Shown here: in pieces, positions 39,302 through 51,900 of the stretch
How the letters are laid out: each line of letters opens with the position of its first letter
Position numbering within the stretch: position 1 is the stretch's first letter
From: Azolla caroliniana
Lineage: Eukaryota; Plantae; Polypodiophyta
NCBI GenBank assembly: GCA_043228905.1
Contig: JBHGNT010000017.1
Coordinates: 11,656,001 to 11,720,000, forward strand
Length of the DNA: 64,000 nt
Direction: 5' to 3'
The notes under the pieces: generated by a model
What the model was told of the DNA's origin: nothing
Databases searched by the model: none
The model's input: only the letters and a program-made list of their open reading frames with translations
Program-made: the position numbers and the translations under genes

Positions 39302-40545
39302 TTTCCCATATGGATGTAGGTCAGTTGGTAAGGTACATTTTATAGTGTCATGTAGTAAATAAGAGATATGTAGTGCTAGTAGTGTTACACCTTTCACTAG
39401 GGTAAACCAATTACAATAAAAAACAAAAAGAGAGAGATTTCCCTAAGAGACTAATATTGATTGATTGGTACATTTGAGTAGGTTCTTGCCAGATTTAATT
39501 TTGTTCAATTCCTTCAAAAACGATGGAATTGGGGTTAATATATTTGTAAGTTTGTTTGATTGAAAAAATACTTCATTAATGAGGGAAATGCTGATTCATT
39601 GGAAGTTTGTGAAGGACCACTTCCTAAAAGGATATATAGGTTGGATGTTATGGATTCCATCACCACACGCATCAAACAACGACGTGGTAGGTAAGAAATC
39701 AAATTCCTGCCCTGGCGAGAAGGAAGTGGAGTCTGAGTCACGATGTGAAGTGACGTGCATCATGCACGGAGGGGCAAGAAAGTAAGGACCCATGCATACA
39801 TACATATACATTAACATACATACATACATACATACATACATACATACACGCATGCATGCATGAGCATGGATGGATGCTCGCTAATTGATTGACCGATGGA
39901 GGGGATGTGAGAGCAGGAGACAGATAGAGAGAAGAGGCGCTCGCTCTCCCTCTACTTGATTGCTTTCTTTGGCAAAAGAAAAAAGGGAAGGAAAAAAAAA
40001 ATAATTAAATCATGTGGTAAAAAAAGGAGCTGTAGAGAGAAGACAACATTTGACTCTTCACTCATTTCGTCGGCAGTGACGGGGTAAATAAAGGGAGAGG
40101 GGTAGACAGACTTTTTCAACTCCTTGTTGATTGAGGTGAGTGAGGTGGGGAACCGATCAACACTGACGACCATGAAGAAGATGAAAAGAAGAAACGCGAA
40201 AGAGGATGGATGCATGCATCATCATAATAAAACATTAAGAAAGCTATGTATAGGAAGGTGGCCATGTAGACATATGTTTTTATTATGTATATAATGGCTT
40301 ATTATACATACATAAAAAGCAAACGTAAAAGCAAAATCAAGAGCAAAATAGAAAATGAAAATGAAAATGGACCATGACATCAGCTCTCTCAATTTCCTTG
40401 TTTTTTTTGACCTGACCAGTCCTACTTCCTTTCCTTCCTTACCTACGTGGAATTAACGGTAAATTCCAAGTGGATTTTTAGATTTAAAGCACCTCCCTCC
40501 TCTTCCTCCATCCCTATGTACTTCAACTACTGCTTATCCTATCCA

Positions 40546-40551
40546 TATAAA
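40546..40551 (+). promoter_or_regulatory. Putative TATA box of the sugar transporter gene
   Basis: TATAAA ~165 bp upstream of the ATG after a pyrimidine-rich patch. ACGTGG (G-box/ABRE core) at ~40445. Confidence 0.55.
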
Positions 40552-40711
40552 GAGAGCAGCAACAAGTTAGTTTCACATAGCTAGCTGCTAGCGGTGGTGG
40601 AGGTGCTAGCTAAATCTAAATCTAAATCTAAATCTACAACATATCATCACCAAAGGTATCTTATCTTTCCATTCTACTACAGTCTACTGTTCTAGTTGGC
40701 TGGTAATCGCC

Positions 40712-42773
40712 ATGACCGGCCTGTCTATGAAGGACGGCACCACGGGCACTGAGCAGCCCAGGAAAATCACCCCTTATGTCTTCTTCACTTGCTTCCTTGC
40801 TGGCTCCGGCGGCCTCATGTATGGCTATGACCTCGTTGTCGCAGGTATATGTCGTTACTCTTGTCGTGTGCTCCTAATTCCTTCTCAGTTAATTTACTAC
40901 GGATGACATATGTTCTCTATAGTTCTGCTGTAACTCCCATCATGACAACACCACACAAACAAACGTATGTATATCAGGAGGGGTTTCTATCATGCCGGAG
41001 TTCCTCCAGAAATTCTACCCTAGTGTCTATGCTGCGGAACAGAGTGCAGTCCAGGACAACTACTGCAAATACAACAACCAGGTCTTTCAGCTCTACACTT
41101 CCTCCCTCTACTTGGCGGCATTGTTGGCAACGTTTGGGGCCGGCATTGTGACGAGGAAACGGGGCCATAGGGCCAGTATGCTCTTGGCTGGGCTCTTCTT
41201 CCTCACTGGGACTGCCCTCGGAACAGGAGCGGAGAATCTCGAGATGCTCATTCTTGGCCGTATCTTGCTTGGCATTGGCCTTGGCTTTGCAAATCAGGTA
41301 TTCATATACATTGTAGAATGGTTATGTATGTATGTATGTGTGTTATGTAATGCATAGTCAATACAGAATGGGGGGCTATATAAAGAATGGAGTTTTGCTT
41401 TGCTTAATATGTGGTTGGTATTGACTGCACAGGCGATTCCCCTGTATTTGTCGGAGATTGCTCCACCTAGCTACCGGGGTGGCTTAAACATGATGTTCTC
41501 CATCAACATCGCGTTCGGCATCTTTGCTGGGAACCTGGTCAACTACCTGGCTGCACACATCCATCCATGGGGGTGGCGCCTCTCGCTGGCAATGGCCGGG
41601 GTGCCAGCAATATCCATTACATTCGCGGGCCTTTTCCTGGTGGACACGCCAAGCCATCTGATCCGACATAATGAGCATGAGCGAGCCAAGCAAGTGTTGG
41701 TGAAGGTGAGAGGACACCGAGACATCGAGAGAGAGTACAAGGAGCTCGTGAAGGCAGTGGATGAGGCGGCAGTCATGGATCCACGCAAAGCATTCCAGAA
41801 TCTGTTGAAGAAGCGTAACACACCACAAGTAGTGATGGCGATCGCATTACCTTTCTTCCAGCAATTCTCCGGGAATGATGCCATCCTCTTCTATGGTCCA
41901 TTCCTATTTAAAGCTGCAGGCTTAGGCGCCCAAGCATCGTTGTATTCCACAGTGATCACAGGGAGCGTAGCTGTGGTGGGGACGGTCATTTCCATCTTCA
42001 TAGTGGACAAGGCGGGCCGAAGGACCATTCTGCTAATCTCGTCATTGATCATGTTTTTGTGCATGGTAAGTAATTGATGATGGATGCACCGCACCTCCCA
42101 AGTTAATTAAGTTCATGTTAATTGTGTGTGTGTGTGGTACATGTTGTTGGGAGCACCTTAGTTAGTTGTATGGATGGTGGGGTGGTGGTGGTTACTAATT
42201 GATGAGGAGGACCTATTTATTTTTGGAATGTAATAATAATGTGGGTGTGATGTGATTCCTTTGGGTGGTTGGATTGATACACAGGTAACAATCGCGATAA
42301 TCTTCGGGATGCAAATCACACCCACATCCAAGAAGCTGTCAAAGGGCGGGGCGGCCGTGGAATTAGCGGCTGTGTGCCTGTTCGTGGGAGTGTACAAAGG
42401 GTCGTGGGGGCCGTTCGCGTGGCTCATCCCCAGCGAGATCTTCCCGCAGGACATCCGATCGGCAGCGCAGAGCATAACGGTGTTCACCAACATGCTCTTC
42501 AAGTTCATCATCGCCCAGACCTTCCTGTCCATGCTCTGTGCCTTCAAGTTCGGCATCTTCCTCTTCTTCGCGGGATGGCTGGCTGTCATGGGACTCTTCA
42601 CACTGCTCTTCCTGCCGGAGACCAAAGGCATCCCCATCGACCACATGGCCCACGTGTGGAGGGCCCATTGGTTTTGGGGCCAATTCGTCAATAGCGGCAA
42701 TACGCATCAGGCTGCTAATGATGACCACTCATTAAATACCCCCACCCCCACCCCCACTTCTGCTAATGTTTAA
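40712..42773 (+). CDS. Sugar transport protein (STP/MST family, MFS), 524 aa. Exons 40712-40844, 40978-41297, 41433-42065, 42285-42773
   Basis: Three GT-AG introns at the usual STP positions, exons 133+320+633+489=1575 nt with an open frame. Motifs GGLMYGYD, NYCKY, GRILLG.G.GFANQAIPLYLSE, WGWRLSL, FFQQ, DKAGRR, SWGP..WLIPSE, PETKG. Confidence 0.96.
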
Positions 42774-42817
42774 TATTATCCCCCATACCCCTTCTTTTCC
42801 TTTCCCCCCCTTTTCCT

Positions 42818-45800
42818 TGTAGAAATCGGCAACTATACAAATAGAGATTGATTGCTAGAGAGAGAGAGAGATCACACATACACAAAATTGTTCTATATTG
42901 ATTGTGTGTTACATTAGCCAAAAGGGCTTGTTTGTAGAGACGAAGGACAAAAAGTTATGTCTCTTCAAATGAAGAGTTTTCTCTAAAGTGTAATAATAAA
43001 TAACTCTTCGTAATAGTTGTTTTAAAAATAATAAATAAATATTATATTTGGATTAAATATTTCCAACCCCCCCCCCCCCCCATTAAGCAAAATATTATTT
43101 TATTTAAAAGTATTGTCGTTCGACGAATAGTTGGGCATTGTTAGACCAATCTTTCGGCAACAAGCGATATGCTTTGTTTGAGGTACTAGCTTTGTTAGAA
43201 AATCGGCCCACATTAGAGTTGTGGACGCATACTTCAAATCTAGCTTCTTCTCTTCGATTAAGTCTCGTAGAAAGTGATGCTTGAAAGAGACATATCGAAT
43301 ATTATCACTCATTTTCGGATTACAAGCTAACTTGATACACGATTGATTATCACAGTGAAGGATTAGCTTTGAAGTCTTAAACAAGTTAAGTTCTTCAAGT
43401 ATGGAATGAATCCATATTCCTTCTTTAGCAACGAGTGCGGCAGCTACATATTCGGCTTCTGTTGAAGATAATGCAACCGTTGTTTGCTTCTTAGAACTCC
43501 ATGCTATAGCACCTCCGGCGAGACAATATAAGAAGCCACTTGTTGACTTACGACCATCAACATCCCCCCCCCCCCCCAATCTTAGTCCGTCCATCCAAAT
43601 AATTGTGATGGATTGGTCCCATCCATCCTTTAAGGTTCATGTTGATGGACTCGGATTGCGATCGGGAGTAAGTTAACACCATATCGTTCGTTCGTTTTAG
43701 GTAACGTAGTAGTCGTTTTAATGCTTGCCAATGTTTCGGTCCGGGATCTTGCATAAATCTCGAAAGAATTCCGGCGGTGAAACATAAATCAGGATGTGTA
43801 CAACTAACAAGGTAGCGCATACATCCAAGAATTTGCTTGTAAGGAACATTGAGCATCTCATCTCGCTCTTTGATAGTTCTAGGAGCATCTTCGATTGATA
43901 ATTTGCATGGAGTGGACATGGGTGTCGAGATAGGCTTGCAATGTAGCATGTCAAAATGTTTCAATACACTTTCAATGTATTGAGTTTGGGAAAGAGAAAT
44001 GGTTCCTTTGGCACGATCTCTTTGTAGGTTCATTCCAAGGAAATACTTCATTGGACCAAGGTCAGTTATTGGAAAAGGTTGTTGAAGTACGCGAGTGAGT
44101 TGGTAAGAAGAGGTAAGTCATCGACATAAACATCGATTATGATGAAATTATTCAAGATTAGCTCTTTTAATATATACATTTGGTTCATTCTTCAATCGTT
44201 TATATCCATTGTTAGTTAGAAAATTATGAAGTCGATGTTACCAAACTCGTGGAGATTGTCGTAGACCGTATAAGGATTGATGTAGGCGAATACAATATTT
44301 GGTCGAGTTGAATCTTCAAAATGTGGTGATTGTTGCATATAGATCTCTTCTTCGAGTTCTCCATGAAGGAGAACGGTTTGAACATCTAAGTGATGAAGTT
44401 CCAAATCAAGTTCGACGGCGAGAGACGAATATGTGAAATGTGATACTTCGCAATGTAGGGCTAAATGTATCTTTGAAGTCAATTCCAGGTATTTGCGAAA
44501 AACCACGAGCTATGAGACGAGCTTTGAAACGTATAATATTTCCGGTAGCATCGGTCTTCTTCCGAAGAACCCACTTACAACTAACAATTTGTCAATCAAG
44601 TGGTGGATTGACAAGGATCCAGGTTTTGTTCTTTAATAAAGCTGTCATCTCTTCTTCCATGGCTGCTCTCCATTTAGGGCCATCAGTACCAGACAACGCT
44701 TTGCGAACGGTAATAATTAATTCATTTGAGGTATCCGGTTCTTCTTCAAATATGAGAGCGTCTATATCGAGGTCCACAAAGTGTGCCTCGAATTGATCGA
44801 GTTCCTTATAGATATCAGACAAGGAGCGTGTACGACGAGACGAGGTGGTGAGTCATTATCATATGAGTTTGGATATTCTTGCGAGGATTGTGATTGTGAG
44901 TTGATTGAAAGATCACTAGTGATGTCGGGTGAGTGAAGATGAAATGGTGGAATGATTTGATAGGTTTGAGGGATTTCAAGAGAATTTCAATTAGAATGCG
45001 AGAAATTGGATAAAGAGAGTGGTAACGTGGTGGATGTATGTAAGCGTGGTGAAGACAAGGTTGATGTAGAGGATGTGTTTGTGAGGTCATCATAATGTGT
45101 AGAGTTGGATGGTGTGAAAACACTATCAAGATGTGGGTTAATGTAGTTAGTTTCTTTAGGTTGGGTAGTTCTTTTATATTGGTTGGTTAGATTTAAAGAT
45201 GCATTTTTTATTTTACTTTTATTTTTATTAACTTTAAATTTAAATGTTGGTTTTTTATGTAGACGTAGTCAAACGGGAGGAGTTCTTGGGGCAGAGGAGA
45301 TGGGAGGAGATGCAAGGGGTCGATGTGCAGGAGAGATCAGAGGAGGTGCAAGTAGTGGAAGTAGTGGCTGATCAGAGTGAATAAGAGGGCTAGGATTTAC
45401 AACATAACAATTGACAACATTGAGCTCTTCATCAAAGTGAGAGGCGGCGATGACATTGGCGGCTTTGTTCAATCAATTGCTGGCGGCGATAAGAGTGGCA
45501 TCAACATTCTTTCCTCGGTGGCCAATGGGAGTTCTCTCTGAAGAGCGGGGATTATCATCACCAATGCTGTTGTGTTGGTGACAAAAGGTGGCATCGACAG
45601 CGGTGTTGTTTTGGAGGCAACGGTCGTCAGCAACTAAGATATTCTGTTGGCGGGAAGGAGGCGGCGACGGCGACGACAGTGCTGGTTGGGAGGCGGCAGA
45701 ACTCAGAAGTGGTGTTGTCTTGATGGTGGCAGAAGTTAATGGCGGCGATGCTGTTTGGGAGGCGACGATAGTCCACAACCACGATATCCTTTTGGCGGTG

Positions 45801-47850
45801 TCGTGCCTTTCGGCTCCGGATTGTTGCGTGAGTCGGGTGGGAACCATTGAGGTTTTGCACTAGGAGAAAGAAGAATATGAGATAAGGCTAGTAATGAATA
45901 GGTAGAATGATAGGTAAGTTATGAATCTCGTGAATTCCCACGAGTTTAGTATATTTAATCAATATTTAGATAGTAAGAGACAATTTAGATCACAAATTCG
46001 TGAATCCCACGAATATATTATATTGGTCAATCCTTACAAAATAATCCACAACATCATACATCTTTCTCTCCTCCTTATATAAGGATGGAAGAGGCTAAGC
46101 ATAGCTTCATGCTTTTTTAAAAGTGTTCATGCACACTAAATGTGCATGAGTTGCTTTTTACACTATGCTTTTATTTCCTAAATATAGTGCTCATGCTCGC
46201 TAGATGTGCACGAGTAATTTTTTATTGGTGTACATTTTTCTTATAAATAAAGTATTCACGCATTCTAAAAATGCATGACTTACCTTTTAATAAAGGTTGG
46301 CGTAAATAAAGGTCTTATACGTATTAAATCTACATTTAGAACACTTAGGACAAGTTAGTACAATGGTAAGGTTAGGGTTTGTGTACGTGGAGGTATAGGG
46401 TTCAAATCTTGCCGTGTGCATGTAATAATTTTTTCTTCTATTTATAAATTTGTCTCTTCATCCGGTGAGAGAATCTCACCGGCCTTCTTTATCCAGCTCT
46501 TGCCGGTTTTGCTTGATCCGGTTCTTACCAGGTCCTCCTTGCCGGTTCCTCTTCATCCGGTTCTCCTTACTGGTTCCTCCTCCTTGTCCCATCTGGAGGA
46601 ACAAAAATGCAATTTTTACGTAGTGTGTGAATTACACTACGACGACGGCAGATGTCGATGGCATCGGTGGCGGCGGCGCTGTTTGCAAGGCAGTGTACAT
46701 CAACGCCAACATTATTATGAGTTTGGCGAATGGTGGCGGCATCATCTTTTATCTGTTGGGCTCCTTCACGAGTAATATTTTTAGGGTTATGCGTTGGTGT
46801 CGTGTATTCAAGAAATGGCGACTCATCAAATTTAACAATACAACTATAAAAGAATGTGTTCTTGGTTGGATCGAATAACCGGTAAGCCTTGTAGCTATTT
46901 GCATCTCCGTACCCAACAAAAATCGCTTTTCTTGCTCGTTGTTCTAACTTGGATCGTTTTTTAGCATGAACGAAGGCGCATGCAAGGCAACCAAAAATTT
47001 TAAGATGTTGCATATTTGGTTTTACTCCAAACCATAATTCGTATGGTGTGATTAACCCAACTGTTCGATGATAGTTACGATTTTAGAGATAACATGCTGT
47101 TGCGACAACTTCTTCCCAAAATGAGGGTGAAAGTGACGGTAGATTCAACATGCTCCGGGCCGAATTAAGCACTGTTCAATTCTTGCGTTCGGCTAGACCA
47201 TTTTGTTATGGTGTTGAAGGAACAGAAATTCGTTGTAAAATTCCATGGTCTTTACAAAATTTTGTAAACTTGTTAGATGTATATTCTCCTCCCCCGTCAA
47301 ATTGTAGACATCTCAATTGTAGATTTAATTGCTTTTCTGTTAGTGATTTGTAATTTGTAAAAGCAGTGAACGCTTGGTCTTTGCTTTTGAGAAATGTTAG
47401 TATCGTAAACCTTGTATAATCATTGATGAAACTAATGAAATATTTTGATTTTAAAAGTGATTGAATTAGGAATGGACCGCATATGTCACTATGGATGAGT
47501 TCAAGAGGTCAACTTCTTCGTGAGTTACTTGTAGGAAACTTTGATGATGCCATTTTGCCAAACAAGCACGCCTCACATAAGTCGATTTTGCAAAACATTT
47601 CCTTTGGGACTCCTTGAGCGAGCTTGTGAATTTGGAGTGTTCGCATAGCAGCAAGGTGTGGATGTCCAAGTCGGTAATGCCAAAGTAAAGTGAGTTCCTG
47701 TTGTCCTTTGATTTCGGTTGTGTGAACTTCGATTGTTGATTGGGTGGGTTGTTGGATGTACACTAATTGGATATAACCCTCCTTGTCTTTTGCAGGAAGT
47801 TCGTATTGTAAGACCATTTGGTAGAAGGTGACGAATCACGGCTTGGTTAT
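42818..47850 (-). mobile_element. Ty1/copia element G, degenerate, 5' part displaced by gypsy A2
   Basis: LWHYRLGH...CEAC (47509-47817), integrase core and YKAYRLFD (46567-47013), RT (43557-44800), RNase H AWSSKKQTTVALSSTEAEY (43100-43594), poly-G PPT ~43067-43081, probable 3' LTR ~42818-43066 (no partner LTR to confirm). Confidence 0.85.
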
Positions 47851-48850
47851 TGTTACCCGGCCTGCAAAGGAGTAAAGACCAGAATGTGAAAGGGATTATA
47901 TATTCATAATCTGTTATAATTAAGTAGTTTATGAGACGTGAACGGACAGATCGGAATGGGTATGCCGATCCGGATCCGAACCGGTTCCGAACAGGTGCCG
48001 GTTGGCACCGTTTTGTACTCAGCACCTGTGACCTATATAAAGGCCCGGTTACAATGTAAAACTTTGACGGATAATTAATAGAGCTTCTTGTTTTATCTTT
48101 AAGTGTCGATTACTGTTCTGTGCTAATTGTTCTATCATACGCGTGTATCAAGTCTAATGCAATATTGCTAAGTAACCAATTAAAGTCTGATTAATCGTTG
48201 AGTCTTAAGTTATCTCGCCGTAGCACCCCTTTGGTGAAGTGTCTTCCATAGAAACCCTGTGTTAGGCCATTGTCTGGCCTTAAGGAGTAACACAGTTTTT
48301 GGCGACCATGATTCCTGCACAATCGTAGCGAACAACGGCGAGAATGGATGACTAGACCAACGAATGACTCGGTTACGAAGCGAGCAAAGAGACTTGCTGA
48401 ATGGTTGAGGAAGCGAGAGGCTTTCCAGCAAGCGGTAGAAGAAATCAGAGCGGATCGCTCATTTTCCAAGGTGATCCAGAGAGTGGCCAAGGAGTCACTT
48501 CGTTCACAACAAAACGACGACCTGGACGAAGGAAGTAGACTAAGCAGCCTTCGCGAAGCGGAATCCCTTCTCTAGGCATTGGCAGCGGGCGAAGGCAGTA
48601 ACGACACCCCAAATGGACCGGAGGACGAGGAGTCACATAACTTGCCGACACCTGAACCAGAATTGACAAGACTGGAACCTCTAGCACCGGAAGTTGAGCA
48701 CACTCCGGAACCAGAAGTCGAGGAAGAGAGACCTCCGACACCGGAAGTCGAGGAGGAGAGGCCTCCAACACCAAAAGAGGAACAGGAAAGACCTCTGACG
48801 CCAACAGAGGAGCGGGAAAGACCTCCGACGCCGATAGAGAAGGAGGAAAG

Positions 48851-48935
48851 TGTTAGAGACAAAGTCGTCTGTGCGGAAGATCAGATAGCATTCGATTCCT
48901 TCTGAGTACCTGCGTATGACAATTTCTAGGTCGTT

Positions 48936-48975
<40 letters not shown>

Positions 48976-51900
48976 AAGACTCTTTATTCCACAAAGTAAT
49001 AATACAACAACCAACCTTACAACAAGGTTACAAGGTCACTATATATAGTGACCGACTTAGGGCATCTACCATTTATGCTAATTACACAAATGGCCCGAAG
49101 GGATAGTGTGAATACGTCCATTATACACTTGTATTCGACACTCCCCCGTAATGGGCGTATACATGGGTTATCTAGGATTACAGGTATAGACTTAGGTTCT
49201 CGGACATATCAGCTTTGTTCGGGTCGGCAGGGTCCGAAGGCAGAAGACCGAACTGGTCGGGTCGGAACAGTTGAAGCCGATCATTAAGGAACTGATGTCG
49301 GTTGTCGGGAACCATCCTGCGCTGTGTCCGGCTCTAACCGGACTGGTTTGTCGTTACGCCCATCTGATGCCGAAGAGACCGAAAGCGGTCTGCCGAAAGA
49401 CACTTGGTCATTCCATCTGCGACATTGTCGGTTGTAGATATTTTCTCTAGACCGATTTTCCCTGAAATGACGCAGTCCCGAACGAAGTGATATCGAACGT
49501 CGATATGTTTGGAGGCGTTGTGGTGAACCGGATTTTTCGACAGGGCAACAGCACCTTGACTGTCGCTATAGACAACTGGGGCCGAGTCATGATTGACTTG
49601 CCGAAACGTGTGCGCCAGCCGACCGAGCCATAAGGCTTCTTTTGCTGCGTCGGACGCAGCTACATATTCTGCTTCGGTCGTTGAGGTCGCTGTGCACTCC
49701 TGAAGTTTCGACTTCCACGAAATTGCTCCATTGCCGAATTTGAAGCAGTATCCGGTTGTTGATTTCCGACTGTCTATACAGCCGGCGAAGTCCGAGTCGG
49801 TGTAACCGACTATGCCTGAGGTTCGGTTCGGACCGAAGAGAATGCCGTGGTCTTTTGTGCCAGCCAGATATCTGAACACATGCTTGACTGCGTTCCAATG
49901 CGATCGGCCGGGATTGTGCATAAATCTGCTAACGACTCCTACGGCGTGAGAAATATCAGGCCGTGTCGCGACCATCAGGTACATAAGGGAGCCGACTGCC
50001 GGTGCATACGGTACCGACTTCATATCTTCCCCCTCCGGGCCGGATGTCGGGCAGTCTCGCTGAGAGAGCCGAAGATTCATGGGGAGCGGGGTTGAAGCAG
50101 ATTTGGCTGATTGCATGTTGAAGCGTTCCAAGACACGTCGGATATAGTCGGTCTGAGACAAAAAAAGATGTCGTTTATCGCGATGCCGACTAATCTTCAT
50201 GCCGAGTATGTGTCGTGCCGGACCGAGGTCCTTCATGGCAAACTTCAACCGCAGTTGCCGAATGAGATCGGCAAGTTCGCCCGCGTGGCGTCCAGAAATT
50301 AGCATGTCGTCCACGTAAATGATGAGGAAGATGGGTGATCCATCTTGAGCTGTGTTGGTGAAGAGACAATGGTCCTCATCGCTTTTTGAGAAGCCGATCG
50401 ATTGAATGAAGTCGTCGAACTTCTTGTACCATTGTCGTGGTGCCTGTTTGAGGCCGTATAGACTCTTCCTGAGTCGGCAGACTAGATGTTCTTGGCCAGT
50501 TGCCACGAAGCCTTTTGGCTGCTCCATATAAATTTCCTCTTCAAGATCACCATGGAGGAATGTTGTTTTGACATCTAGCTGAATCAGCTCCAAGTTGTCG
50601 GCTGCCACTACGCCGAGTAGGAAACGAAGGGTTGTCATTTTCACCACTGGTGAAAAAATCTCGTCGAAGTCGACGCCATATTCTTGTCGGAAGCCCTTCG
50701 CAACTAATCTGGCCTTGTACTTTGGGGTGGTCGAATCAGACGTCTCTTTTAGTCGATAAACCCACTTGCAAGGAAGAGCACGTCGGTTCCTAGGTAATTC
50801 GACCAGATCCCAAGTCTTGTTTGTTCGAATGGAGTGCATTTCCGACTCCATCGCCAGATGCCAGGTGGCTGAATCGACAGATGTCGATGCTTCTTCGTAA
50901 GACGTCGGTTCGCCGGCGTCGGTGAAGAAAATTCCAGGAGAATACCTCTCCGGAGGTTGCGACAGTCTCTCGGATCGTCGAGGTATGATTGGACTGGTCG
51001 CATCGGGTATCGAGGTCGGATGGTCCGAAAGCGAGTCATTCGGCTGTGCCGAGTCGGAGTTGTCCGAGTCGGTAGTGTAAGGTTCAGCTACCCGTGAAGC
51101 TGACCGTGTGTTAAGAGCGGGGCCTTCTTGAAGGGTCGGCACATCGGAAAATGTTACCCTTCGGACTTCGATCGGTTTTTCGACTGATGGATTCATAGCC
51201 GACTCGTTGAACACAACGTCCGAACTTCGGACGATTTGTCTGCGTTCGGGATCCCAGAGTCGGTATCCCATTTCGCCGTCGGATCCATATCCAAGGAAAA
51301 TGCATTTCCTGGACCGAGGTGCAAGTTTTCGGCGATCATCTTTCGGAATAAGGGCGTACGCCTCGCATCCGAAGATCCTCAGCTTGTCGTAATTCGGCTT
51401 ACTGCCGATCCATAGTTCCTGAGGAATTTGAAGTCCTAGAGGTCTACTTGGCGACATATTGATTATGTGTACTGCCGTGAGTAGAGCCTCTGCCCAGAAG
51501 CCATCCGACAGTCCGGAGTGTTGGAGCATGGAAACTATCTGTTCTTGGATTGTCCGATTCATGCGTTCGGCAATCCCGTTTTGCTCCGGGCTGTGTGGTG
51601 CCGTAAATTCACGTCGGATGCCGCGTTGTCGGTAGAATTTGTCGAATTCTTCGGATTTGAACTCTCCCCCATTGTCTGTCCGAAAGCATTTCAGCTTTCG
51701 GTCGGTTTGATTTTCTACCATAGCGAGCCAGTCGGTGAAGATCGAGAAGACACGATCTTTGGTGCGAATTGGATAAGCCCACACCTTTCGAGTCGAATCG
51801 TCAATAAAACTGACGAAGTAAGAGGCACCGCCTAGAGACTGATGCGGCATTGGGCCACAGACGTCCGAATGGACTAAATCGAGAGGTCTCGTTTCTCTTG

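Noticed and set aside
39311-39345. A-box-like taggtcagttgg suggesting a tRNA or SINE
   Set aside because: No B box at the expected spacing and no cloverleaf.
48630-48860. Copia insertions in the Pro-rich gag region of both A1 (357) and A2 (48850) as a hotspot
   Set aside because: Only two events, from different families, about 200 bp apart in a saturated region.
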